The notes beneath the pieces were generated by a model, which saw nothing but the letters and a program-made list of their open reading frames with translations, did not search any database and was not told where the DNA came from. 64,000 nt of DNA from NCBI GenBank assembly GCA_965140705.1, contig OZ223300.1, positions 256,001-320,000 on the forward strand, written 5' to 3'. A program made the position numbers and the translations under genes. Source of the stretch: an uncultured Arcobacter sp. Lineage in GTDB: Bacteria; Campylobacterota; Campylobacteria; Campylobacterales; Arcobacteraceae. Below, piece by piece: positions 8,914-19,067 of this stretch (its first letter is position 1; every line of letters begins with the position of its first letter).

Positions 8914-11094
8914 ATGGCAAAAGAAAAAATTAATTTAAATATATCAGGTATGACTTGTGTAAATTGTTCAGGTGGAATAGAAAAATTTTTAAACAAAAAA
9001 AAGGGAGTAATCTCTGCTAATGTAAGCTTTGCTTCAAGTGAAGGAGAGTTTATTATTGATGATTCCCTTTATTCCAAAGAAAAACTAACTAGTGATATAC
9101 AAAAATTAGGTTATAAGCCAGAAGAAGACCTAAAAGCTCTAGAAGAGGAGCAATTACTCTCTTTTAAAAGATTAAGAAAGATATTTTTTACTTCTATTAC
9201 TTTAACTTTTATTATGTTTTGTCTAATGTTTTTGAACATATTTAGTGAAGAGACAACAAAGTATTTAGTATTTTTTATAGCTTCTATTGTTCAGTTTTAT
9301 TGTGGATTACGGTTTTATAAACTTGGAATTAAGTCAGTTATAAATAGAAATTATGATATGAATGTTTTAGTTGCGCTAGGAACTAGTGCAGCATATTTTT
9401 ACTCAACTGTTGTAGTCTTTTTTCCACACTTATTTCCTGAAAACTTGAGATTTCTATATTTTGATGGAGCTTCTGTAATCATTACCTTTGTACTTTTGGG
9501 AAGATATTTAGAAGAAAACTCAAAACTAAAAGCAAGTGATTTTTTAAAAAAACTTATGAATTTAGCTCCTGTAAATGCTAACTTGATAGATGAAAATAAA
9601 AATATAAAAACTGTATTAGCAAGTAGCTTAAAACCAAAAGACATAGTACTTGTAAAAAGTGGAGAGAAAATACCAACAGATGGTATTATTATTGAAGGTA
9701 ATGCTGATATTGATACTTCAATGATAACAGGTGAATCAATGCCTGTTTTTAAAAAAATTGGTGATGAGGTATTATCTGGAACCTTAAATAGTAATGGAAC
9801 TATAAAAATAGAAGTTAGTAAAGAATCATCTGATACAACACTATCTAAGATAATTACACTTCTAAAAACTGCACAAAGTAAACAAATACCAATTAGTAGA
9901 TTTGCAGATAAAGTAGCAAATATATTTGTACCATCTGTTATTTTTATCTCTATTTTGGCATTTTTAGTTTGGGGCTTTGTATTTGGAGATTTCCAAAAAG
10001 CAATAATAGCTTCAATTAGTGTTTTAATTATCTCATGTCCTTGTGCTTTAGGACTAGCAACACCAATTGCAATAGTAAGTTCAGTTAGTCGTGGTGCAAA
10101 AGAGGGGATTTTAATTAAAAACCCAGAAATATTAGAAGAGATTAAAGAGATAAAATATGCAGTATTTGATAAAACAGGAACTTTAACAAAAGGTGAAATA
10201 ACTGTTTCAAACACAAATATTGATGAAAAATATTTTGAACTAATAGGTTCAATTGAAAACTACAGTGAACATCCTATTTCAAAAGCAATAGTTAGTTTTA
10301 TCAAAGATAAAAAATATGATGTAAACAAAGAGATAAAAGAGATAGATATTATCCCTGGGAAAGGTATAAAAGCCTCTTTTGATGGTGATGAGATAATCTT
10401 GGGTAATAAAAAGTTATTAGATGAAAATAGTGTTCAAGTGGATGAAAGCCATGAAAAGTTCTATTTAGAAGAGTTAGAAAAATCAAATGGGCTAATTTAT
10501 GTAGCCATAAATAAAAAAACAATAGGTTCTTTTTCTTTAGAAGATAAGTTAAAAGATGATGCTGTAAGTGTTATAAAAGAGTTAAAACAGCTAAATATAG
10601 AGCCTATTTTATTAACAGGTGATAATAAAATTACAGCTGCTAAAATAGCGCATAAACTAGGTATAGACAAAATCTATAGTGAAGTCTTACCTACAGAAAA
10701 ATATGAAGTAATAAAAGAGTTACAAGATAAATCAAAAGTTATGTTTATTGGAGATGGAATTAATGATGCTCCCTCAATAAAACAGGCAAATATAGGTATT
10801 ACTTTAAATTCTGGTTCTGATATTACTAAAGATGCTGGAGATATAATTTTAGTACATAATGAGTTAAGTTCTATTATTAAAAGTATTAATCTTTCTATTG
10901 AAACGATGAAAATCGTGAAACAAAACTTATTTTGGGCATTTACTTATAATATCCTAGGAATACCACTTGCAGCAGGGATTTTATACCCAATCTTTGGGTT
11001 GATGTTAAATCCAATGTATGCAGGGATTGCTATGAGTTTTTCTTCAGTGAGTGTTGTTTTAAATTCTTTGCGATTGAAAATTAAAAAGTTGTAA
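8914..11094 (+). CDS. copA: Copper-translocating P1B-1 ATPase
   Basis: GMTCVNC HMA, TGES, CPC, DKTGT, SEHP, GDGIND, YN and MxxSS Cu(I) signatures. Confidence 0.93.
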   Translation: MAKEKINLNISGMTCVNCSGGIEKFLNKKKGVISANVSFASSEGEFIIDDSLYSKEKLTSDIQKLGYKPEEDLKALEEEQLLSFKRLRKIFFTSITLTFIMFCLMFLNIFSEETTKYLVFFIASIVQFYCGLRFYKLGIKSVINRNYDMNVLVALGTSAAYFYSTVVVFFPHLFPENLRFLYFDGASVIITFVLLGRYLEENSKLKASDFLKKLMNLAPVNANLIDENKNIKTVLASSLKPKDIVLVKSGEKIPTDGIIIEGNADIDTSMITGESMPVFKKIGDEVLSGTLNSNGTIKIEVSKESSDTTLSKIITLLKTAQSKQIPISRFADKVANIFVPSVIFISILAFLVWGFVFGDFQKAIIASISVLIISCPCALGLATPIAIVSSVSRGAKEGILIKNPEILEEIKEIKYAVFDKTGTLTKGEITVSNTNIDEKYFELIGSIENYSEHPISKAIVSFIKDKKYDVNKEIKEIDIIPGKGIKASFDGDEIILGNKKLLDENSVQVDESHEKFYLEELEKSNGLIYVAINKKTIGSFSLEDKLKDDAVSVIKELKQLNIEPILLTGDNKITAAKIAHKLGIDKIYSEVLPTEKYEVIKELQDKSKVMFIGDGINDAPSIKQANIGITLNSGSDITKDAGDIILVHNELSSIIKSINLSIETMKIVKQNLFWAFTYNILGIPLAAGILYPIFGLMLNPMYAGIAMSFSSVSVVLNSLRLKIKKL

Positions 11095-11097
11095 TAA

Positions 11098-11760
11098 GTG
11101 AAAATACTTTTGATGGAAGATGATTTGATTTTAAATGAAATCATTGAAGAACATTTATTAGAAAAAGGACATGAACTTGTATGTACTTTTACTGGTAATG
11201 AAGCAGAAGAACTATTATATTCTCAAAAATTTGACTTATTACTTTTAGATGTAAATGTACCAGAAATAAAGGGTTTTGATTTACTTTCTACTTTGAGGAA
11301 AAACAATATTAAGACTCCTGCTATCTTTTTAACTTCACTTAATTTAACAGATGACATAGAAAGAGGATTTCAAAGTGGTTGCGATGATTATATAAAAAAA
11401 CCATTTGAATTAAAAGAGCTTGATTTACGGATTAATAATATAAAAAGACTATTTAATATCTCTTCTTCAAATCATATTGAATTACCAAATAATATGATTT
11501 TGGATACAGATAATTTACTTGTAACAAAAGAGAATAAAGAGATTCATTTATCAAAAAAAGAGATAGAAGTTTTGATGTATTTTATTAGAAATAAAAATAA
11601 AATCATAAGTATAGAAGAGCTGTCTTCAAATGTATGGGTATATGAAGAGGGCCCAAATGCTTCTACAATAAGAACATATATAAAAAACTTGCGAAAAATA
11701 TTAGGTGAAGAGGTAATTACAAATATAAGAGGAGTAGGTTATAGATTTAACTACAAATGA
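11098..11760 (+). CDS. OmpR-family response regulator (CrdR-like)
   Basis: Receiver domain (EDD, LLLD, KPF) + winged helix (IRGVGYRF); in copper cluster. Confidence 0.9.
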   Translation: MKILLMEDDLILNEIIEEHLLEKGHELVCTFTGNEAEELLYSQKFDLLLLDVNVPEIKGFDLLSTLRKNNIKTPAIFLTSLNLTDDIERGFQSGCDDYIKKPFELKELDLRINNIKRLFNISSSNHIELPNNMILDTDNLLVTKENKEIHLSKKEIEVLMYFIRNKNKIISIEELSSNVWVYEEGPNASTIRTYIKNLRKILGEEVITNIRGVGYRFNYK

Positions 11761-12889
11761 AAAAAGCACTTTTTATAGGTTTTTATTTTTATATTTAGGC
11801 TCATCTTTTATATTAATGGCTTTAATAGCTTTTTTGTATTTTGAAAATCAACAAAAACTCTATTTTGACTTGACTAAATCAAGAATGCAAAATATTGCTT
11901 CAAAAATCGCTTCAAAAATAATAGTTGCTCATATGAATGGTACAAAAGTGGATATAACAGGGGATTTTGAAGCAAAAGATTATAAATTAGCTTTTTATGA
12001 TAATAATGGCAAAAAAGTTTATGGCAATATTGATGAAAAAATAGATTTAAAGAAAGATATTATAGAGGAACATAATAGTTTTATATTGGTTGACAAGTCT
12101 ACCTTTGGGCATTTGGGAATATATGCAATTGTTATAAAAGAACATCTGTATTCTAAACAAATAAAAGAGTTAGAAATAAACATAATAGTACTTTTCTTTC
12201 TTATTTATTCAATTATTGCTTTTATTGGATTTTATTTAGCAAAACTTTTTATTAAGCCAATAAAAGAAGAAAGAGATAAGTTAAATAACTTTATAAAAGA
12301 TACAACCCATGAGTTAAATACTCCTATTAGTGCAATTCTTATGTCTACAGAAGATAAAGAGTTAAATACAAAACAAATTGAGCGTGTAAGATTAAGTGCA
12401 AAAAGGATTTCTGAGATTTACAAAGACTTGACATATATTTTTTTACAAAAAGATTTTCAAAAGCAAGATTTAAAAGAGATATCACTTAGTGAAGTTATAA
12501 AAGAACAATTACTGTATTTTGAGCCTTTAGCAAATAAAAAGAAGATAAAAATCAATTTAGATATCCAAGAATATAAGTATAAAATGCTCAAAGATGACTT
12601 TATTAGAGTATTTAATAATCTAATTTCAAACGCAATAAAATATAATAAAATAAATGGAACAATTTTTATTACTCTAAAGAATAATAAACTTATCATAAAA
12701 GACACAGGAATAGGTATAAAACAGACAAAGATAAATGATATATTTAAGCGATACTATAGAGCAACAAGTTACCAAGGTGGCTTTGGTATTGGATTAAGTA
12801 TAGTTAGTGAAATAAGTAAAAAATACAATATAAAAATAGACATTAATTCTATTTATGATGAAAGTACAACAATAACTCTAACTTTCTAA
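11741..12889 (+). CDS. Sensor histidine kinase (CrdS-like); start uncertain (ATA 11741 vs ATG 11816)
   Basis: THELNTP H-box, NLISNAIKY, DTGIG, GFGIGL; frame is open upstream of 11816 and completes TM1. Confidence 0.85.
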   Translation: MDLTTNEKSTFYRFLFLYLGSSFILMALIAFLYFENQQKLYFDLTKSRMQNIASKIASKIIVAHMNGTKVDITGDFEAKDYKLAFYDNNGKKVYGNIDEKIDLKKDIIEEHNSFILVDKSTFGHLGIYAIVIKEHLYSKQIKELEINIIVLFFLIYSIIAFIGFYLAKLFIKPIKEERDKLNNFIKDTTHELNTPISAILMSTEDKELNTKQIERVRLSAKRISEIYKDLTYIFLQKDFQKQDLKEISLSEVIKEQLLYFEPLANKKKIKINLDIQEYKYKMLKDDFIRVFNNLISNAIKYNKINGTIFITLKNNKLIIKDTGIGIKQTKINDIFKRYYRATSYQGGFGIGLSIVSEISKKYNIKIDINSIYDESTTITLTF

Positions 12890-12891
12890 TC

Positions 12892-12923
12892 TCCACACAT
12901 TCTCCACACTATAAAGCTAGAAT
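12892..12923 (+). promoter_or_regulatory. Copper-regulon promoter 2: tandem AC-rich repeat + -10
   Basis: TCCACAC (12892) / TCCACAC (12903), 11-bp period; TAGAAT at 12918. Confidence 0.75.
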
Positions 12924-12952
12924 TTTTAAACTTAAAATTTAGGAGTTCAAAA

Positions 12953-13336
12953 ATGAAAAATATCTTTAAACTATTTGTTGGTTTGCTAGTAGCATTTAAT
13001 TTAGTTCATGCAGATCCACTACTTCAAGAAGGAAGTAAAGATGGCTATGATGTAAAACTAAGTAGTGAAAAATCACTAGTAATGGGAAGTAATGAAATTA
13101 TTATTGAGTTAGCAAAAGATGGTGCAAAGTTATCAAATACAAAAGTAAAAATCAAGTTTTTTATGCCAGAAATGCCTGGAATGCCGTATATGGAGAGTGA
13201 AGTAAAAGGTAAAATTGTTGATGGTAAATTTAAAGCAAACGTAAATTTTGCTATGGGTGGAACTTGGCAGTATCAGTTAAAATTTAAAACAGAAGATGGA
13301 AAAGTTCATACTGTAAGAGGGAGCGTAAACATCTAA
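12953..13336 (+). CDS. CrdA-like / YtkA-FixH family periplasmic copper-binding protein
   Basis: Signal peptide; FFMPEMPGMPYM Met-rich motif; FAMGGTWQ. Confidence 0.8.
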   Translation: MKNIFKLFVGLLVAFNLVHADPLLQEGSKDGYDVKLSSEKSLVMGSNEIIIELAKDGAKLSNTKVKIKFFMPEMPGMPYMESEVKGKIVDGKFKANVNFAMGGTWQYQLKFKTEDGKVHTVRGSVNI

Positions 13337-14532
13337 TGTTAAAAAATAGCTTTATTCTAATTTGTTTGATAATTACAAACTCATTTTCTGCAAGTTTAGA
13401 AGATATATTAAATAGTGCAATAGAAAGTAATAAAAACCTACAAGCTATTGAAAAATCTATTCAAATAGCAAATGAGCAAATTAAGCTATCAAATAAGTGG
13501 GATAATCCTATTTTGACCATTGGTGCCAATGACTTGCAGTTTGACACTTCTCGAAGAGATTTGGAGCCTATGCAAGGTCAGTATATAGGTTTCTCGCAAA
13601 ATATACCTATAAATGGAAAAATAAAGCTACAAGAAGAGATAGCTATGAAAGATAAAGCTATCTCAGATTTAAATTTTGAAGATGCAAAACTAGAGTTAAA
13701 ATCAAAATTAATGCAATATTTGTATAATATAAAAATCTTAGAAAAGAAATATTTACTACTTAATCAATATCAAAAAAATATTAAAAGCCTAGAAGATTTG
13801 ACAAGCTCTTTATATGAAAGTAATAAATCAAATCAAAGTATGGTTATAAATCTAAAAACAGATTATTTAAAAATAGAGATTCAAAAAGAGAATTTACAAA
13901 ATATTATCAAAAACAATTACTTAAAATTAGAAGAGATAACATATAAAAAAATCACAAGTATAGAACTCTCTTTAGATGTAAAAGAGCTTATTCTTTCAAA
14001 GGATATCTCTACACACCCAAAAATAAAGACACTAGAGCAAAATAATGAAAAATTTTATAAACAAGCACAATTAGAAGATGCAAAAAAACTATCAGATATA
14101 AAAGTAAGTGCTGTATATTTTCAAAGGGATGACAAGTATAAGGATTATGCAAATATATCACTTAGTATACCCCTTGCCTTTTATGGAAAAGAGAATATAA
14201 AGATATTGCAAGCAAAAATCAAAGCAAGAGAGTTTGATGATAAACTTTATGATAGCAAAAAGAGATTTGAGCTAAAAGTAGCCTCTTTACAAAATGACTT
14301 AGATAGTTCAGTCAAAAAGTATAAATTATTAAAAGAGTTAATTCTTCCTTTACAAGAAGAGAATCAAGAGATAATAGAAAAATATAATAGTTTAGAACTT
14401 ATAAAATCAGATGAGATATTAAAAAACTTAAACAAAATCATACAAAATAAAATTGCACAATATGATGAGATAAAAAACTACTTTGATGCTTATTCTCAGG
14501 CTTATTATTATACTCAAGGGAAAATTAGATGA
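13336..14532 (+). CDS. TolC-family outer membrane efflux protein (CrdB/CusC-like)
   Basis: Signal peptide, coiled-coil composition, position before RND adaptor. Confidence 0.8.
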   Translation: MLKNSFILICLIITNSFSASLEDILNSAIESNKNLQAIEKSIQIANEQIKLSNKWDNPILTIGANDLQFDTSRRDLEPMQGQYIGFSQNIPINGKIKLQEEIAMKDKAISDLNFEDAKLELKSKLMQYLYNIKILEKKYLLLNQYQKNIKSLEDLTSSLYESNKSNQSMVINLKTDYLKIEIQKENLQNIIKNNYLKLEEITYKKITSIELSLDVKELILSKDISTHPKIKTLEQNNEKFYKQAQLEDAKKLSDIKVSAVYFQRDDKYKDYANISLSIPLAFYGKENIKILQAKIKAREFDDKLYDSKKRFELKVASLQNDLDSSVKKYKLLKELILPLQEENQEIIEKYNSLELIKSDEILKNLNKIIQNKIAQYDEIKNYFDAYSQAYYYTQGKIR

Positions 14533-15512
14533 AAAATATATTTAAATTACTTTTATTAATGTTATGCATAAGTTCGCTAAATGCGAAGATTTTAGATGCA
14601 AATCAATTATTCAATAAAAAGATTGTTAAAGTAAAAGATGAGAGTGTTTATAAGACAAAAAGCTTTTATGGGGAAACTTTATTTACAGAAGAGAGTATAA
14701 AAGACATAGTTCTTCGGTTTGATGGTTATATTACAAAATTAAATGCAAATAAAAATTTTATGGAAGTGAAAAAGGGAGATAAACTTTTTTCTTTGTACTC
14801 AGATAAAATTCAAAGCATAAAAAAAGAGATAAAAGTCACAAAATCTATAAATAAAGCCATGTATAAAAGTTCCCTTGAAAAGCTTGATTCTTTAGATGTA
14901 AAAGCTTACCAATTAAAAAATAAAGAGATATCTTTTTATGCTCCTTTTGATGGCATAATCTTAAATAAGAAGATAAATGAAGGTTCTTATGTAAAAACAG
15001 GCTCTCTTATTATGCAAATTGCAAATATAAATAAACTCTGGTTTATCTCAAAAGTTTATCAAAGTGATTTGGCATTTTTAACTAATAATATGGACGCAAA
15101 AATCAAAATTGATGGAAGAGATATGATCTTTAAAACCAAAATTGACTATATCTATCCTTTTGCAAATAAACAGAGTAAAACTATAGATGTCCGATTTGTA
15201 ATAGAGAACAAAGATAAGACACTTTTCCCTAATATGTTTGGTAAAGCTATAATAAAAATAAGTTCTAAAAAGGTATTAACACTTCCTAAAACGGCGGTTT
15301 TAAGAAAAGGTGCAAAATATTACGTATTTAAATACATATCAGAAGATGAATTTAAACCAGTATTAATAGACGCAAAACAGATAAGTTCTGGGAAATATGA
15401 GATAGAAGATGGATTAAAGGTTGGTGATGAGGTAATAGATAATGCCTTATTTTTACTAGATTCAGATGCTGTTACAAATAATTTGTATGAAGATGAAGAC
15501 AATGATTGGTAA
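14529..15512 (+). CDS. RND efflux periplasmic adaptor (CusB/CzcB-like)
   Basis: RFDGYITKL, APFDGII, YIYP, LFPNMF, LPKTAVL, FLLDSD motifs. Confidence 0.88.
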   Translation: MKNIFKLLLLMLCISSLNAKILDANQLFNKKIVKVKDESVYKTKSFYGETLFTEESIKDIVLRFDGYITKLNANKNFMEVKKGDKLFSLYSDKIQSIKKEIKVTKSINKAMYKSSLEKLDSLDVKAYQLKNKEISFYAPFDGIILNKKINEGSYVKTGSLIMQIANINKLWFISKVYQSDLAFLTNNMDAKIKIDGRDMIFKTKIDYIYPFANKQSKTIDVRFVIENKDKTLFPNMFGKAIIKISSKKVLTLPKTAVLRKGAKYYVFKYISEDEFKPVLIDAKQISSGKYEIEDGLKVGDEVIDNALFLLDSDAVTNNLYEDEDNDW

Positions 15513-15518
15513 AAAATA

Positions 15519-18500
15519 ATGGTTGAGTATATAATAAATAAAAGCGTACAAAATAAATTTTTAGTTCTTTTTTCTGTACTGATTTTAACAGTTGCTTCTT
15601 TTTGGGCAGTAAAAAATAGTTCTTTAGATGCCTTACCTGATCTTTCACCTCCTCAGGTAATCGTACAAGTAAAATGGGCAGGACAAAGTCCAAAAACTAT
15701 AGAAGAGCAAGTATCTTATCCTCTTATTTCAAATTTGATGAGTTTACCAAATATTGATACAGTAAGAGCTATGAGTTCATTTCAAAATGCTCTTATTTAT
15801 ATCATATTTAAAGATGGAACTGATATTTATGATTCTAGAAATAGGATATTAGAGCAGTTGTCTCAACTTCAAGGAACTTTCCCTGATGGAGTTAATGTGG
15901 CAATTGGTCCTGATGCTACAGGTGTTGGTTGGGCTTATGAATATGCTTTAAAATCAAAAACTAAGTCATTGGATGAATTAAAAACACTTCAAGATTATTA
16001 CTACAAATATGCTCTTTTAGGAGTAGATGGAGTATCAGAAATAGCTTCGGTTGGTGGATTTATAAAAAACTATGAAATAACACTAAATCAAGATAAATTA
16101 GTGCAATATAATCTAAGTATAAATGATGTAAAAAAGGCCTTAGTTTCTAATAATGATGAAAAAGGTGGTCGAATCATTTTAGAAAATGGTTATGAACACA
16201 TGATTCAAGCAAGGGGTTATTTAAAAAGTGTAGTTGATATAGAAAATATTACAGTTAAAACTTTTGGCTCAACTCCTTTAAAAATAAAGGATATAGCAGA
16301 TGTAAATATTACTTCATCAAATAGAAGAGGGATGGCTGATTTAAATGGTGAAGGTGAAACTGTTGGTGGAATAGTAGTTGTAAGATTTGGTGAAAATCCA
16401 TATAAGGTTATAAAAGCAGTAAAAGAAAAGTTAAAAACACTTCATGTGGATGATGTTGAAGTAGTTGAGACTTATGATAGAAGTTCTTTAATAGATAAAG
16501 CTATAGATACATTAAAACACACTTTACTGGAAGAATCAATTATTGTCATAGTGGTTACTGCTTTATTTTTATTTCATTTTAGAAGCGCTTTGATTATAAT
16601 TATAACTTTGCCAATAACTGTATTATTTACTTTTCTTTGCATGAAGTTTTTTGGAATGGGTTCAAATATCATGAGTCTAGGTGGAATTGCAATTGCAATT
16701 GGTGCGATGGTTGATGCAACTATTGTGATGGTAGAAAATGCCCATAAATATCTACAAGGCAAAGAAAACATTAGTAATAAACAAAGAATAGAAATAATTA
16801 TAAAATCAGCAAAACAAGTAGGTCGACCAATCTTTTTTGCCTTGCTTTTAGTTGTAGTTTCATTTTTACCAATTTTTGCTTTAACAGGACAAGAGGGAAG
16901 ATTATTCTCTCCCTTAGCTTTTACTAAATCCTTTGCTATGATTTCAGGTGCCATTTTATCTATTACACTGGTACCTATTCTTATGATATTCTTCATACGC
17001 GGAAAAATTATGGATGAAAGAAAGAATTATTTAAATAAATTTTTTATAGCTCTATATTCTCCCTTGTTAAAACTTTCACTTAGATTTAGATATATAGTAG
17101 TTGCATTATTTATAGGAACCCTGATTTTAGCATATCCAGTTTATAAAAAACAGAATTGGGAATTTATGCCAATGATGAATGAACAAACTTTTATGTATAT
17201 GCCAGTAACTCCTTATGGTATTGGTATTGATTTAGCAAAAGAGCTTACACAAAAGACAGACAAGATTTTAAAATCATTTCCAGAAGTACAAACAGTATTT
17301 GGAAAAGCTGGGCGAGCAGATAGTGCGACAGACCCAGCACCCTTAGCCATGATAGAAACAATAGTACAATTTAAACCCCAAGACCAATGGCGAGGGGGGA
17401 TGACTTATAAAAAGTTAATGCAAGAGATGGATGACAAGTTAAGAGTTACAGGATTAGTTAATTCATGGACATATCCAATTAGAGGAAGAATTGATATGCT
17501 TTTAACTGGTATTAGAACTCCTTTAGGAATAAAACTATATGGAAACGATCATCAAGAATTAGAATCTGTAGCTTTAAAAATAGAACAAAGGCTTAAAAAG
17601 TTTGATAAAACACTCTCTGTATCTTCTGATAAAATAAATTCAGGATACTATTTAAATATAGATTTAGATGAAGAGATGTTATCAAGATATGGAATTACAA
17701 AAAATGATATTTTGTCAACAGTCTCTTTAGGTGTTGCAGGAGCTAAAATATCTAAATATTTTGATGCCTTAGAGAGATATCCTATTAGCTTGAGATATGA
17801 AACAACTCAACGGGAAGATATAACTTCTTTAGAGAATCTTCAAGTAAAAACAAAACTAGGTTTTCAACCCTTAAGAATGTTTGCAAAGCTTCAATATGAA
17901 GAAGGACCATCTGTGATAAAATCAGAAAAGGGATTAAATGTAAACTTTATATATATTACTCCTAAAAATGATGTATCAGTTAAAGAGTATAAAGATAAAG
18001 CTCAAGAATTACTAAAAGAGATAAAATTACCAAGTGGTTTTTATTATGAGTGGGCAGGTCAAAGTGAGTATTTGGAATCAGCAATGAAGAAGTTAAGTTA
18101 TATTATTCCTTTAACTTTTGTGATTATATTTATACTTATCTTTTTTGCACTAAGAAATATCACATATACAGCAATAATATTTTTTACACTTCCTTTTGCC
18201 CTAACAGGTGGGATATTTTATTTGGATTATTTAAATTTTAATATTTCTATTGCTGTAATTGTTGGATTTTTAGCTTTACTTGGAGTTGCAGCAGAAACTT
18301 CAATTGTGATGCTTGTATATTTACATGAAGCTATGCTTGAGTTAAAAGATAAATGTATTTCTTTGGATGATGATAAACATATCTTTCATGCCATATATAA
18401 AGGGGCAGTATTAAGACTTCGTCCAAAGCTTATGACTTTATTTGCTATTTTAGGAGGCTTAGTTCCTATTATGTATATAGATGGTGTAGGAAGTGAAGTT

Positions 18501-18638
18501 ATGCAAAGAATTGCTGCACCTATGATAGGAGGGATGATAAGTTCAGCATTTTTGACGCTTATTATTATCCCTTCCGTATTTTTTATCTTGGCTCTAAAAA
18601 AAAGAGATAAAATATTAGAACAAGAGTTGTCACATTAA
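15519..18638 (+). CDS. cusA: CusA-family Cu/Ag RND efflux permease
   Basis: DALPDLS, GPDATGVGW, EFMP, DPAPLAMIET, RIDML (Met triad equivalents), RLRPKLMT. Confidence 0.93.
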   Translation: MVEYIINKSVQNKFLVLFSVLILTVASFWAVKNSSLDALPDLSPPQVIVQVKWAGQSPKTIEEQVSYPLISNLMSLPNIDTVRAMSSFQNALIYIIFKDGTDIYDSRNRILEQLSQLQGTFPDGVNVAIGPDATGVGWAYEYALKSKTKSLDELKTLQDYYYKYALLGVDGVSEIASVGGFIKNYEITLNQDKLVQYNLSINDVKKALVSNNDEKGGRIILENGYEHMIQARGYLKSVVDIENITVKTFGSTPLKIKDIADVNITSSNRRGMADLNGEGETVGGIVVVRFGENPYKVIKAVKEKLKTLHVDDVEVVETYDRSSLIDKAIDTLKHTLLEESIIVIVVTALFLFHFRSALIIIITLPITVLFTFLCMKFFGMGSNIMSLGGIAIAIGAMVDATIVMVENAHKYLQGKENISNKQRIEIIIKSAKQVGRPIFFALLLVVVSFLPIFALTGQEGRLFSPLAFTKSFAMISGAILSITLVPILMIFFIRGKIMDERKNYLNKFFIALYSPLLKLSLRFRYIVVALFIGTLILAYPVYKKQNWEFMPMMNEQTFMYMPVTPYGIGIDLAKELTQKTDKILKSFPEVQTVFGKAGRADSATDPAPLAMIETIVQFKPQDQWRGGMTYKKLMQEMDDKLRVTGLVNSWTYPIRGRIDMLLTGIRTPLGIKLYGNDHQELESVALKIEQRLKKFDKTLSVSSDKINSGYYLNIDLDEEMLSRYGITKNDILSTVSLGVAGAKISKYFDALERYPISLRYETTQREDITSLENLQVKTKLGFQPLRMFAKLQYEEGPSVIKSEKGLNVNFIYITPKNDVSVKEYKDKAQELLKEIKLPSGFYYEWAGQSEYLESAMKKLSYIIPLTFVIIFILIFFALRNITYTAIIFFTLPFALTGGIFYLDYLNFNISIAVIVGFLALLGVAAETSIVMLVYLHEAMLELKDKCISLDDDKHIFHAIYKGAVLRLRPKLMTLFAILGGLVPIMYIDGVGSEVMQRIAAPMIGGMISSAFLTLIIIPSVFFILALKKRDKILEQELSH

Positions 18639-18649
18639 AATATTTGGTC

Positions 18650-18681
18650 TACACAAAAAGTACACATATATTTTATAAACT
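18650..18681 (+). promoter_or_regulatory. Copper-regulon promoter 3: tandem AC-rich repeat + -10
   Basis: TACACA (18650) / TACACA (18661), 11-bp period; TAAACT at 18676. Confidence 0.65.
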
Positions 18682-18709
18682 TACAAATAAAATAAAAAAG
18701 GAATAAAAG

Positions 18710-19024
18710 ATGAAAAAATTAATTATGTTAGTAGCAGCGCTACTTTTTACAGCGGGTGTAGCTTTTGCAGATGGGAAAACTGGTTCTTGCGGGGCAGGGA
18801 AATGTGGAGACTCTAGTAAAAGCATGATGAAAAAGGGTATTAGTTCTAAAGAGATGAAAAAAGCTGGTTCATGTGGAACTGGTAAATGTGGTGATTCTAA
18901 AAAGAGTATGATGAAAAAAGATCACATGAAAGGTGACATGATGAAAAAATCAGGCAATAAAGCTAGTGGTTCATGTGGAGCTGGTAAATGTGGTGATTCT
19001 AAAATGAAAAAAGGAATGAAGTAA
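18710..19024 (+). CDS. Secreted Met/Lys-rich peptide with three GSCGxGKCG repeats (HvfA/oxazolin-like metal-binding precursor)
   Basis: Signal peptide ending AFA; GSCGAGKCG, GSCGTGKCG, GSCGAGKCG separated by MMKK linkers; strong AAGGA RBS. Confidence 0.75.
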   Translation: MKKLIMLVAALLFTAGVAFADGKTGSCGAGKCGDSSKSMMKKGISSKEMKKAGSCGTGKCGDSKKSMMKKDHMKGDMMKKSGNKASGSCGAGKCGDSKMKKGMK

Positions 19025-19041
19025 TTATAATCTTACTTTTC

Positions 19042-19067
19042 TAAGAGTGTAGCTTTCTACACTCTTA
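19042..19067. terminator. Hairpin between convergent genes
   Basis: TAAGAGTGTAG-CTTT-CTACACTCTTA. Confidence 0.65.

Noticed and set aside
9399..10214. 271-aa antisense ORF within copA, and similar shadow ORFs (e.g. 65-268, 16574-16996, 23753-24136, 24775-25218, 59293-59661)
   Set aside because: Overlap well-supported genes on the opposite strand, with no RBS or recognisable motifs
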